From Nemertoderma westbladi (Eukaryota > Animalia > Xenacoelomorpha), in contig JAUCBJ010001025.1 in assembly GCA_032718475.1 (NCBI GenBank), positions 1-46,815 on the forward strand: a DNA stretch of 46,815 nucleotides. Reading direction: 5' to 3'. Positions 1 to 11,853 of this stretch are shown here, piece after piece; positions within the stretch are counted from its first letter, which is position 1, and each line of letters begins with the position of its first letter. The notes under the pieces were generated by a model. It searched no databases and had not been told where the DNA came from. It saw nothing but the letters and a program-made list of their open reading frames with translations. The position numbers and the translations under genes are program-made.

Positions 1-3000
1 TGAGGTTTGTGTTGGTAAGGATTGTAATATTAAGGGTTTGGTTGGTGAGGTTTGTGTTGGTAAGGATTGTAATATTAAGGGTTTGGTTGGTGAGGTTTGT
101 GTTGGTAAGGATTGTAATATTAAGGGTTTGGTTGGTGAGGTTTGTGTTGGTAAGGATTGTAATATTAAGGGTTTGGTTGGTGAGGTTTGTGTTGGTAAGG
201 ATTGTAATATTAAGGGTTTGGTTGGTGAGGTTTGTGTTGGTAAGGATTGTAATATTAAGGGTTTGGTTGGTGAGGTTTGTGTTGGTAAGGATTGTAATAT
301 TAAGGGTTTGGTTGGTGAGGTTTGTGTTGGTAAGGATTGTAATATTAAGGGTTTGGTTGGTGAGGTTTGTGTTGGTAAGGATTGTAATATTAAGGGTTTG
401 GTTGGTGAGGTTTGTGTTGGTAAGGATTGTAATATTAAGGGTTTGGTTGGTGAGGTTTGTGTTGGTAAGGATTGTAATATTAAGGGTTTGGTTGGTGAGG
501 TTTGTGTTGGTAAGGATTGTAATATTAAGGGTTTGGTTGGTGAGGTTTGTGTTGGTAAGGATTGTAATATTAAGGGTTTGGTAGGTGAGGTTTGTGTTGG
601 TAAGGATTGTAATATTAAGGGTTTGGTTGGTGAGGTTTGTGTTGGTAAGGATTGTAATATTAAGGGTTTGGTTGGTGAGGTTTGTGTTGGTAAGGATTGT
701 AATATTAAGGGTTTGGTTGGTGAGGTTTGTGTTGGTAAGGATTGTAATATTAAGGGTTTGGTTGGTGAGGTTTGTGTTGGTAAGGATTGTAATATTAAGG
801 GTTTGGTTGGTGAGGTTTGTGTTGGTAAGGATTGTAATATTAAGGGTTTGGTTGGTGAGGTTTGTGTTGGTAAGGATTGTAATATTAAGGGTTTGGTTGG
901 TGAGGTTTGTGTTGGTAAGGATTGTAATATTAAGGGTTTGGTTGGTGAGGTTTGTGTTGGTAAGGATTGTAATATTAAGGGTTTGGTTGGTGAGGTTTGT
1001 GTTGGTAAGGATTGTAATATTAAGGGTTTGGTTGGTGAGGTTTGTGTTGGTAAGGATTGTAATATTAAGGGTTTGGTTGGTGAGGTTTGTGTTGGTAAGG
1101 ATTGTAATATTAAGGGTTTGGTTGGTGAGGTTTGTGTTGGTAAGGATTGTAATATTAAGGGTTTGGTTGGTGAGGTTTGTGTTGGTAAGGATTGTAATAT
1201 TAAGGGTTTGGTTGGTGAGGTTTGTGTTGGTAAGGATTGTAATATTAAGGGTTTGGTTGGTGAGGTTTGTGTTGGTAAGGATTGTAATATTAAGGGTTTG
1301 GTTGGTGAGGTTTGTGTTGGTAAGGATTGTAATATTAAGGGTTTGGTTGGTGAGGTTTGTGTTGGTAAGGATTGTAATATTAAGGGTTTGGTTGGTGAGG
1401 TTTGTGTTGGTAAGGATTGTAATATTAAGGGTTTGGTTGGTGAGGTTTGTGTTGGTAAGGATTGTAATATTAAGGGTTTGGTTGGTGAGGTTTGTGTTGG
1501 TAAGGATTGTAATATTAAGGGTTTGGTTGGTGAGGTTTGTGTTGGTAAGGATTGTAATATTAAGGGTTTGGTTGGTGAGGTTTGTGTTGGTAAGGATTGT
1601 AATATTAAGGGTTTGGTTGGTGAGGTTTGTGTTGGTAAGGATTGTAATATTAAGGGTTTGGTTGGTGAGGTTTGTGTTGGTAAGGATTGTAATATTAAGG
1701 GTTTGGTTGGTGAGGTTTGTGTTGGTAAGGATTGTAATATTAAGGGTTTGGTTGGTGAGGTTTGTGTTGGTAAGGATTGTAATATTAAGGGTTTGGTTGG
1801 TGAGGTTTGTGTTGGTAAGGATTGTAATATTAAGGGTTTGGTTGGTGAGGTTTGTGTTGGTAAGGATTGTAATATTAAGGGTTTGGTTGGTGAGGTTTGT
1901 GTTGGTAAGGATTGTAATATTAAGGGTTTGGTTGGTGAGGTTTGTGTTGGTAAGGATTGTAATATTAAGGGTTTGGTTGGTGAGGTTTGTGTTGGTAAGG
2001 ATTGTAATATTAAGGGTTTGGTTGGTGAGGTTTGTGTTGGTAAGGATTGTAATATTAAGGGTTTGGTTGGTGAGGTTTGTGTTGGTAAGGATTGTAATAT
2101 TAAGGGTTTGGTTGGTGAGGTTTGTGTTGGTAAGGATTGTAATATTAAGGGTTTGGTTGGTGAGGTTTGTGTTGGTAAGGATTGTAATATTAAGGGTTTG
2201 GTTGGTGAGGTTTGTGTTGGTAAGGATTGTAATATTAAGGGTTTGGTTGGTGAGGTTTGTGTTGGTAAGGATTGTAATATTAAGGGTTTGGTTGGTGAGG
2301 TTTGTGTTGGTAAGGATTGTAATATTAAGGGTTTGGTTGGTGAGGTTTGTGTTGGTAAGGATTGTAATATTAAGGGTTTGGTTGGTGAGGTTTGTGTTGG
2401 TAAGGATTGTAATATTAAGGGTTTGGTTGGTGAGGTTTGTGTTGGTAAGGATTGTAATATTAAGGGTTTGGTTGGTGAGGTTTGTGTTGGTAAGGATTGT
2501 AATATTAAGGGTTTGGTTGGTGAGGTTTGTGTTGGTAAGGATTGTAATATTAAGGGTTTGGTTGGTGAGGTTTGTGTTGGTAAGGATTGTAATATTAAGG
2601 GTTTGGTTGGTGAGGTTTGTGTTGGTAAGGATTGTAATATTAAGGGTTTGGTTGGTGAGGTTTGTGTTGGTAAGGATTGTAATATTAAGGGTTTGGTTGG
2701 TGAGGTTTGTGTTGGTAAGGATTGTAATATTAAGGGTTTGGTTGGTGAGGTTTGTGTTGGTAAGGATTGTAATATTAAGGGTTTGGTTGGTGAGGTTTGT
2801 GTTGGTAAGGATTGTAATATTAAGGGTTTGGTTGGTGAGGTTTGTGTTGGTAAGGATTGTAATATTAAGGGTTTGGTTGGTGAGGTTTGTGTTGGTAAGG
2901 ATTGTAATATTAAGGGTTTGGTTGGTGAGGTTTGTGTTGGTAAGGATTGTAATATTAAGGGTTTGGTTGGTGAGGTTTGTGTTGGTAAGGATTGTAATAT

Positions 3001-3920
3001 TAAGGGTTTGGTTGGTGAGGTTTGTGTTGGTAAGGATTGTAATATTAAGGGTTTGGTTGGTGAGGTTTGTGTTGGTAAGGATTGTAATATTAAGGGTTTG
3101 GTTGGTGAGGTTTGTGTTGGTAAGGATTGTAATATTAAGGGTTTGGTTGGTGAGGTTTGTGTTGGTAAGGATTGTAATATTAAGGGTTTGGTTGGTGAGG
3201 TTTGTGTTGGTAAGGATTGTAATATTAAGGGTTTGGTTGGTGAGGTTTGTGTTGGTAAGGATTGTAATATTAAGGGTTTGGTTGGTGAGGTTTGTGTTGG
3301 TAAGGATTGTAATATTAAGGGTTTGGTTGGTGAGGTTTGTGTTGGTAAGGATTGTAATATTAAGGGTTTGGTTGGTGAGGTTTGTGTTGGTAAGGATTGT
3401 AATATTAAGGGTTTGGTTGGTGAGGTTTGTGTTGGTAAGGATTGTAATATTAAGGGTTTGGTTGGTGAGGTTTGTGTTGGTAAGGATTGTAATATTAAGG
3501 GTTTGGTTGGTGAGGTTTGTGTTGGTAAGGATTGTAATATTAAGGGTTTGGTTGGTGAGGTTTGTGTTGGTAAGGATTGTAATATTAAGGGTTTGGTTGG
3601 TGAGGTTTGTGTTGGTAAGGATTGTAATATTAAGGGTTTGGTTGGTGAGGTTTGTGTTGGTAAGGATTGTAATATTAAGGGTTTGGTTGGTGAGGTTTGT
3701 GTTGGTAAGGATTGTAATATTAAGGGTTTGGTTGGTGAGGTTTGTGTTGGTAAGGATTGTAATATTAAGGGTTTGGTTGGTGAGGTTTGTGTTGGTAAGG
3801 ATTGTAATATTAAGGGTTTGGTTGGTGAGGTTTGTGTTGGTAAGGATTGTAATATTAAGGGTTTGGTTGGTGAGGTTTGTGTTGGTAAGGATTGTAATAT
3901 TAAGGGTTTGGTTGGTGAGG
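1..3920. repeat. Intronic minisatellite, 45-bp unit (tgaggtttgtgttggtaaggattgtaatattaagggtttggttgg), about 87 copies, truncated by window start
   Basis: Exact 45-bp periodicity; only one substitution seen (t>a at 583); ends 56 bp before the NCX acceptor at 3976. Confidence 0.98.
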
Positions 3921-3976
3921 ATTGGTTGCTTTATGATTGTTACCTCATTACCTCTTCTGTACTCTTTGCGTTCCAG

Positions 3977-4103
3977 GGATGGATCTGGGAAGGGTGGCGA
4001 TTCTCTTACCTCGAAGGATTACAAACACAAGCAGGGGACTTTATTCTTTATGCACAACGAGTCAAAAAAGGACATCGAGATTGAAGTATCGCCCGATTCA
4101 AAA
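3977..4103 (+). CDS. NCX: Na+/Ca2+ exchanger (SLC8/NCX family), internal exon, Calx-beta domain part (DGSGKGGDSLTSKDYKHKQGTLFFMHNESKKDIEIEVSPDSK)
   Basis: Acceptor ttccag at 3971-3976 after a pyrimidine tract, donor gtaatt at 4104; Calx-beta-like DG..K....DY....GTL.F...E..K.I.I pattern; phase 0 fits next exon. Confidence 0.8.
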
Positions 4104-4298
4104 GTAATTTATTTACCTTCTAATAATATTTCGTCTTAATTTATTTACAGATTTTGTAGATTTTTGATACCGTTTGGGCACCATTATTATGATATATAAT
4201 AATTTAATATATCGCCTAAAATAATTGCTGAGTTATCATATTTGGCACGCCGTAACTTTAGTTTATTTTATATTGTAACTCATTTTTTGTTTTTGTAG

Positions 4299-4404
4299 AA
4301 TTTGAATTTTGTGATTATACTTAAGAATCCTTGTGGTGGAACAGGTATTGGCGAAAATAGCGCCGCTGTAATGAATCTATACGAAAAAGGAAAATTTGAA
4401 GAAG
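4299..4404 (+). CDS. NCX: NCX exon, end of Calx-beta domain (NLNFVIILKNPCGGTGIGENSAAVMNLYEKGKFEE)
   Basis: Acceptor ttttgtag ending 4298, donor gtgagt at 4405; open frame, phase 0 in and phase 1 out, matching the flanking exons. Confidence 0.8.
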
Positions 4405-4410
4405 GTGAGT

Positions 4411-6193
4411 GGTAATGTATATCTTTTATATGTATATATATAATGTATATCTGTTATATGTATATATATATAACGTATATATTGTATATATATATACATA
4501 TATAATGTATATCTTTTATATGTATATATATATAATGTATATCTTGTATATGTATATCTATAATATATATATCTTGTATATGTATATCTATAATATATAT
4601 ATCTTGTATATGTATATCTATAATATATATATCTTGTATAAGTATATATATAATATATAATATATATCTTGTATATATATATATATATAATGTATATCTA
4701 TAATGTATATCTTGTAAATGTATATATATAATATATATCTTGTATATGTATATATATATAATGTATATCTTGTATATGTATATCTATAATATATATATCT
4801 TGTATATGTATATCTATAATATATATATCTTGTATATTTTTATCTATATATATATATCTTGTATATGTATATCTATAATATATATATCTTGTATAAGTAT
4901 ATATATAATATATAATATATATCTTGTATATGTATATATATATAATGTATATCTTGTATATGTATATATATATAATGTATATCTTGTATATGTATATCTA
5001 TAATATATATATCTTGTATATGTATATCATATATATAATGATATATCTTGTATATGTATATCTATAATATATATATCTTGTATATGTATATCTATAATAT
5101 ATATATCTTGTATATGTATATCTATAATATATATATCTTGTATATGTATATACTATATATAATATATATCTTGTATATGTATATATATATAATGTATATA
5201 CTTGTATATGTATATATATATAATGTATATCTTGTATATGTATATATATATAATGTATATCTTGTATATGTATATCTATAATATATATATCTTTGTATAT
5301 GTATATCTATAATATATATATCTTGTATATGTATATCTATAATATATATATCTTGTATAAGTATATATATAATATATAATATATATCTTGTATATATATA
5401 TATATATAATGTATATCTATAATGTATATCTTGTAAATGTATATATATAATATATATCTTGTATATGTAATATATATATAATGTATATCTTGTATATGTA
5501 TATCTATAATATATATATCTTGTATATGTATATCTATAATATATATATCTTGTATATTTTTATCTATAATATATATATCTTGTATATGTATATCTATAAT
5601 ATATATATCTTGTATAAGTTTTTATCTAATATATAATATATATCTTGTATATGTATATCTATATATATGTATATCTTGTATATGTATATATATATAATGT
5701 ATATCTTGTATATGTATATCTATAATATATATATCTTGTATATGTATATCTATAATATATATATCTTGTATATGTATATCTATAATATATATATCTTGTA
5801 TATGTATATCTATAATATATATATCTTGTATATGTATATCTATAATATATATATCTTGTATATGTATATCTATAATATATATATCTTGTATATGTATATA
5901 TATAATATATAATATATATCTTGTATATGTATATATATATAATGTATATCTTGTATATGTATATATATATAATGTATATCTTGTATATGTATATCTATAA
6001 TATATATATCTTGTATATGTATATCTATAATATATATATCTTTTATATGTATATCTATAATATATATATCTTGTATATGTATATATATATAATGTATATC
6101 TTGTATATGTATATCTATAATGTATATCTTGTAAATGTATATATATATATAATGTATATGTTGTATATGAATATATGTAATGTCTATCTGTAG
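4411..6193. repeat. AT-rich degenerate minisatellite, about 30-bp unit (tataatatatatatcttgtatatgtatatc)
   Basis: Clean 30-bp period at 5701-5900, degenerate elsewhere; starts directly after the donor at 4405. Confidence 0.92.
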
Positions 6194-6650
6194 TAACTAT
6201 ATTTAAAATAATTGTTGAAGTGAAACTTCTAAATATAAATACATTTTTATAATTTGTTATTTTACATAAATAGTTAAATTTTTTATTCTATAAGTTATTT
6301 AGTTATTATTTAATTTGCTATTTTGTAATTATATTTTGCATTTCCGCTGATTCAGATAATTATCGTATGTATTTGATGATCATTTAACAAACAAATCATT
6401 TTAATTTTCCTTTCAACTTTTAACAAAACTTATTTACATGAAATATCTTGAATGTAACCACATCTTCATGTTTCGTTTAATTAACAACCGAGCGTAGCGA
6501 GTGTGTTTTATAATGCAATCACCAAGCACGTACAGCTGGGGTTCTCATATTCTTTAAATGGTTCAATTTTATCGATTATATTTATTTTAATTCGAATATT
6601 TTTTTAATTTCTTTCTCAGTTTATTTTTGATTAAAAATTACATTCCGATC

Positions 6651-7949
6651 CACATGAAACATAGCCTAGCCGGCTACCGTTACACCACATGAAACATACC
6701 CTAGCCGGTTACCGTGACACCACATGAAACATACCCTAGCCGGCTACCGTTACACCACATGAAACATACCCTAGCCATCTACCGTGACACCACATGAAAC
6801 ATACCCTAGCCATCTACCGTGACACCACATGAAACATAGCCTAGCCGGCTACCGTGACACCACATGAAACATACCCTAGCCGGCTACCGTTACACCACAT
6901 GAAACATACCCTAGCCATCTACCGTGACACCACATGAAACATAGCCTAGCCGGCTACCGTGACACCACATGAAACATAGCCTAGCCGGCTACCGTGACAC
7001 CACATGAAACATAGCCTAGTCGGCTACCGTGACACCACATGAAACATAGCCTAGCCGGCTACCGTGACACCACATGAAACATAGCCTAGTCGGCTACCGT
7101 GACACCACATGAAACATAGCCTAGCCGGCTACCGTGACACCACATGAAACATAGCCTAGCCGGCTACCGTGACACCACATGAAACATAGCCTAGCCGGCT
7201 ACCGTGACACCACATGAAACATACCCTAGCCGGCTACCGTAACACCACATGAAACATAGCCTAGCCGGCTAACGTGACACCACATGAAACATTCTCTAAC
7301 CGGCTACCGTTACACCACATGAAACATACCCTAGCCATCTACCGTGACGCCACATGAAACATAGCCTAGCCGGCTACCGTTACACCACATGAAACATAGC
7401 CTAGCCGGCTACCGTTACACCACATGAAACATAGCATAGCCGGCTACCGTGACACCACATGAAACATACCCTAGCCGGCTACCGTAACACCACATGAAAC
7501 ATACCCTAGCCGGTTAACGTGACACCACATGAAACATAGCCTAGCCGGCTACCGTGACACCACATGAAACATAGCCTAGCCGGCTACCGTGACACCACAT
7601 GAAACATAGCCTAGCCGGCTACCGTGACACCACATGAAACATACCCTAGCCGGCTACCGTAACACCACATGAAACATACCCTAGCCGGCTAACGTGACAC
7701 CACATGAAACATAGCCTAGCCGGCTACCGTGACACCACATGAAACATAGCCTAGCCGGCTACCGTGACACCACATGAAACATAGCCTAGCCGGCTACCGT
7801 GACACCACATGAAACATACCCTAGCCTTCTAACGTGACACCACATGAAACATACCCTAGCCATCTACCGTGACACCACATGAAACATACCCTAGCCTTCT
7901 AACGTGACACCACATGAAACATACCCTAGCCGGCTAACGTGACACCACA
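6651..7949. repeat. Intronic minisatellite, 35-bp unit (cacatgaaacatagcctagccggctaccgtgacac), 37 copies
   Basis: 35-bp period with a few recurrent variants; contains the 10-bp palindrome TAGCCGGCTA. Confidence 0.97.
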
Positions 7950-8302
7950 GGAAATTTTGTCACAGAGATAAAACAACGGCACACAATTACAGTGGGTTGT
8001 TTTACCTCAAAGTTATCGTTAGTGTTGCGAACTTTATAAAAGCATTACATACCGTTGACATTTAGACACACATTGTCTGCTGTATCACACCAGTTCTCAA
8101 TACTACATGAGATCTTGAAGGAGTTAACATTATATACTACAACTACAATATTGTAGTTAGTATGACTGTAAGTGAGTTGGACATACTGTATGTGAGCAAT
8201 TAATGTTGTATAAATGTGAGAGTCTAACCATTTTAATTAATATTACAGACCGAAGGAATACCACCTCCATTATAACACAGGGAATGAATACAGGTCTAGT
8301 GT

Positions 8303-9212
8303 CCGACCGACCGACCGACCGACCGACCGACCGACCGACCGACCGACCGACCGACCGACCGACCGACCGACCGACCGACCGACCGACCGACCGACCGACC
8401 GACCGACCGACCGACCGACCGACCGACCGACCGACCGACCGACCGACCGACCGACCGACCGACCGACCGACCGACCGACCGACCGACCGACCGACCGACC
8501 GACCGACCGACCGACCGACCGACCGACCGACCGACCGACCGACCGACCGACCGACCGACCGACCGACCGACCGACCGACCGACCGACCGACCGACCGACC
8601 GACCGACCGACCGACCGACCGACCGACCGACCGACCGACCGACCGACCGACCGACCGACCGACCGACCGACCGACCGACCGACCGACCGACCGACCGACC
8701 GACCGACCGACCGACCGACCGACCGACCGACCGACCGACCGACCGACCGACCGACCGACCGACCGACCGACCGACCGACCGACCGACCGACCGACCGACC
8801 GACCGACCGACCGACCGACCGACCGACCGACCGACCGACCGACCGACCGACCGACCGACCGACCGACCGACCGACCGACCGACCGACCGACCGACCGACC
8901 GACCGACCGACCGACCGACCGACCGACCGACCGACCGACCGACCGACCGACCGACCGACCGACCGACCGACCGACCGACCGACCGACCGACCGACCGACC
9001 GACCGACCGACCGACCGACCGACCGACCGACCGACCGACCGACCGACCGACCGACCGACCGACCGACCGACCGACCGACCGACCGACCGACCGACCGACC
9101 GACCGACCGACCGACCGACCGACCGACCGACCGACCGACCGACCGACCGACCGACCGACCGACCGACCGACCGACCGACCGACCGACCGACCGACCGACC
9201 GACCGACCGACC
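8303..9212. repeat. (CCGA)n microsatellite, about 227 perfect units
   Basis: Uninterrupted tetranucleotide run of 910 bp. Confidence 0.98.
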
Positions 9213-10214
9213 TGCACGTAGAGCATCCACAAAGTAGATAATTAATTGTAATTCTATTATTGTCTATTTAAACCAAAACATTGTGATATTGAATAGTAAA
9301 CCCGTGAACTGTGTATCCAAGACTATTGGTTACTTATAGAACGCACAACCCAATAGACGCAATGACGAATGGATTTCTACTAACATTAATATATCCATCC
9401 ACCCCAACCAACCCATATCTGTTAGACTCAGTTTGTTTTTTTGTGATACAATATGGGTGATTCGTTGAAATGTTACATAAACATTACCCATATTACTAAA
9501 TTTGAATGTCGGACACCTGTTTATCCTTTTTTTGTAACTCAGATCTCCACCCTTTATTTGTGTAGCAGTGTTGTAGTGTTGTAGTAGACCTATACTATAT
9601 ATATTTATGTTAATATTGACAATATATTATGTTGTCATTGGTGTTTTATTGATTTCAATATTAAACGATATTAAATTACTTAACGAAGTTAATAAAATAG
9701 CAAGGTTAATGGTTTAAATACTAGCTAACACCAACTAGCAGACTGCACTGGTTCAGGTAACCTAAACTCTATAATTTGCAATTTCTCATGACTTTCCAAT
9801 ACAACTGCGTCGTTGAAATATTTTAATATTAGGCCCAAACATTTTCTACTTTGAAACTCTATTAATACCTATTATAAAATCATATGTCTGTTATTCATCA
9901 GGTTTCATAATATTACACTTTCTAGAATAAATCTATAAACCTACTTTTTGCTAAGTATTTTACAGTGTTCTGATCCTTGTATATTTATTTCCACTCACTC
10001 GCTACGATCGTTCGTATAACAAACCACTTAGATAACCACGGTGGTGATACTTTAGTGACAAGTATTGCAAATATTTATTAAAATTATAATTTATTTTGAT
10101 AATAACTTAACAAATATAATAAATATTAAATATTGACACTCTATTTCCATAGTTACAGTTTTATATTACGTTAGAAATTCAACAAATTACCATATCAATT
10201 CCTCCTTCTCTTAG

Positions 10215-10293
10215 ACTTGTTAGCGGAAAGAGTAGCCAACGTATTAGCAGACAGGGAAGAGGAGGACGAGACATGGTCTGGTCAGTTCCGAAG
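10215..10293 (+). CDS. NCX: NCX exon (DLLAERVANVLADREEEDETWSGQFR)
   Basis: Acceptor ttctcttag ending 10214, donor gttcgt at 10294; W..QF motif of the NCX cytoplasmic loop; phases 1 and 2 fit. Confidence 0.85.
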
Positions 10294-10448
10294 GTTCGTT
10301 TCTGATTGGCTGATTAATTTTAATGACAGTTCACTCTTATTTATTGGTTAACTAAAATGAGGAAGTGATCCAAGGATGTTGTGTCAACTGATAGGTTATT
10401 AATATTGATGTTCAATCTAATAGAATCTAATATTTATTTAACGTTTAG

Positions 10449-10571
10449 CGCTATGATGATAGAGCAAGATGAGGATGAAGATGGCAAACCCATTCCCCCT
10501 AGCAACGTTGCTTACGTCATGCATTTTCTAACGTTTCTATGGAAAATTCTATTCGCCTTTATTCCTCCACG
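10449..10571 (+). CDS. NCX: NCX exon (SAMMIEQDEDEDGKPIPPSNVAYVMHFLTFLWKILFAFIPPR)
   Basis: Conserved NCX motif YVMHFLT..WK.LFAF.PP; acceptor tttag ending 10448, donor gtaagt at 10572. Confidence 0.93.
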
Positions 10572-11086
10572 GTAAGTATTAATACTAAGAAAGTAGTTGA
10601 TCGTTGCTATAGTTACTGTTGCTATGATGTAGTCGGTGATTTCTTTTCCGACGTCAGTTTTAATGTTTGAGAGTATCTATCTATGTCTGTGTGATGGTTT
10701 GTCTGTCTGTCTGTTTTCCTTTCTTCTACATTTTAACGGACACACTGGTAGAGGGAAAGACAGCGATAACTCGACCAAAAAGATTTCGCCAATCCGTTTT
10801 AAGATTTCAAATAAATCCCCATTAAATTCTGCATCAGATGAAATAAAAAACCAAAAATGTGAAAATGTTATCCAAAGAGAGGGGTAGAGGGTAACCCCCC
10901 CCCCCCCCCCCCTTATTGATCCTTATTGATTTATCTACACACTTCTGTGACGGTGGTGTCGCCACCCAAATAATATAATAATAATAATATATTGCTACTG
11001 GTTGCGTATATGTTAGATAAATAATAAAATCTCTTGTTATTTATACTTTATATCCCTCCTTCATTGTTCTACTTTATGACTTTCAG

Positions 11087-11316
11087 TAAATTACTTGGTG
11101 GATTCGCGTCATTCTTCTCCTCTTTGGTTGTGATTGGCGGGTTGGTGATCCTTGTCGAGCAGTTCGGTAACCTATTGGGATGCGTCATCGGTCTGAGGAA
11201 TAGCATTTCCGGTATCACAATCGTCGCCCTGGGAACCAGTCTGCCAGACACCTTCGCAAGTCGAACCGCCGCCATGATGGATTCACATGCTGACGCCTCT
11301 ATCGGCAATATAACTG
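11087..11316 (+). CDS. NCX: NCX exon with alpha-2 repeat ([12 protein letters not shown]...ADASIGNIT)
   Basis: Hallmark [10 protein letters not shown] alpha-2 motif; acceptor tttcag ending 11086, donor gtgagt at 11317. Confidence 0.95.
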
Positions 11317-11410
11317 GTGAGTTGTTGTGGTGCTGAAGGATAACATAAAACCAATGTTTCATTTCATTCTGTAATACTGAATACTCCAATGTGTTTGTAT
11401 TTATTTTCAG

Positions 11411-11592
11411 GTAGTAACAGCGTTAACGTTTTCCTTGGTTTGGGTTTACCTTGGGTAATGAAGGCAATGTATTTGTACTACAACAAAGGCGTCGCAACTT
11501 TCCACGTAAAGACAACCAACCTAAATCTCGCCGTTTATCTCTTTACATCAATCGGTACAGTCTGTATAATATTCCTTCTTCTTAGGAGAAAG
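11411..11592 (+). CDS. NCX: NCX exon (GSNSVNVFLGLGLPW...FLLLRRK)
   Basis: GSN.VNVFLG.G..W motif; acceptor ttttcag ending 11410, donor gttagc at 11593, phase 0. Confidence 0.95.
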
Positions 11593-11645
11593 GTTAGCCA
11601 TTTTATTATTCAGTCATTTTATTTTATGTTATGAATATTTGGTCC

Positions 11646-11804
11646 GGGAAATTCGACGCAAATAACAGCTGTTTACTCTCAAAAATAAAACTGTAACCTG
11701 TTCTATTGTGGTTAGTTTATTGTTTTGGTAAGAATTACGTGCCACTGTAACCTGCTCAATTCCCTTAATTGATAATCTAACATTGGGATTTGCGTCCAGT
11801 ACCC
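11646..11804. mobile_element. MITE-like non-autonomous element, copy 1
   Basis: Imperfect terminal inverted repeats gggaaattcgacgcaaat / atttgcgtccagtaccc; body (actctcaaaaataaaactgtaacctg...) closely matches 23007-23118. Confidence 0.65.
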
Positions 11805-11853
11805 CTCCCCCCATGTTTTTAATGAAATGTTAAAACGTATAAAAGATTCAAAC

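Noticed and set aside
9-4139. 1184-1348-aa repetitive ORFs (GEVCVGKDCNIKGLV / RFVLVRIVILRVWLV)
   Set aside because: By-products of a 45-bp unit lacking stops in two frames; near-zero variation and intronic position in NCX. Only the last part (3977-4103) is a real exon
4409-6193. Tyr/Ile/Met-rich ORFs
   Set aside because: Low-complexity AT-rich repeat inside an intron
6651-7949. CRISPR-like appearance of the 23-47-bp repeats here and elsewhere
   Set aside because: Units are head-to-tail with no unique spacers, there are no cas genes, and the context is eukaryotic
8157-9237. (GRSV)n / (DRPT)n ORFs
   Set aside because: Translation of the (CCGA)n microsatellite
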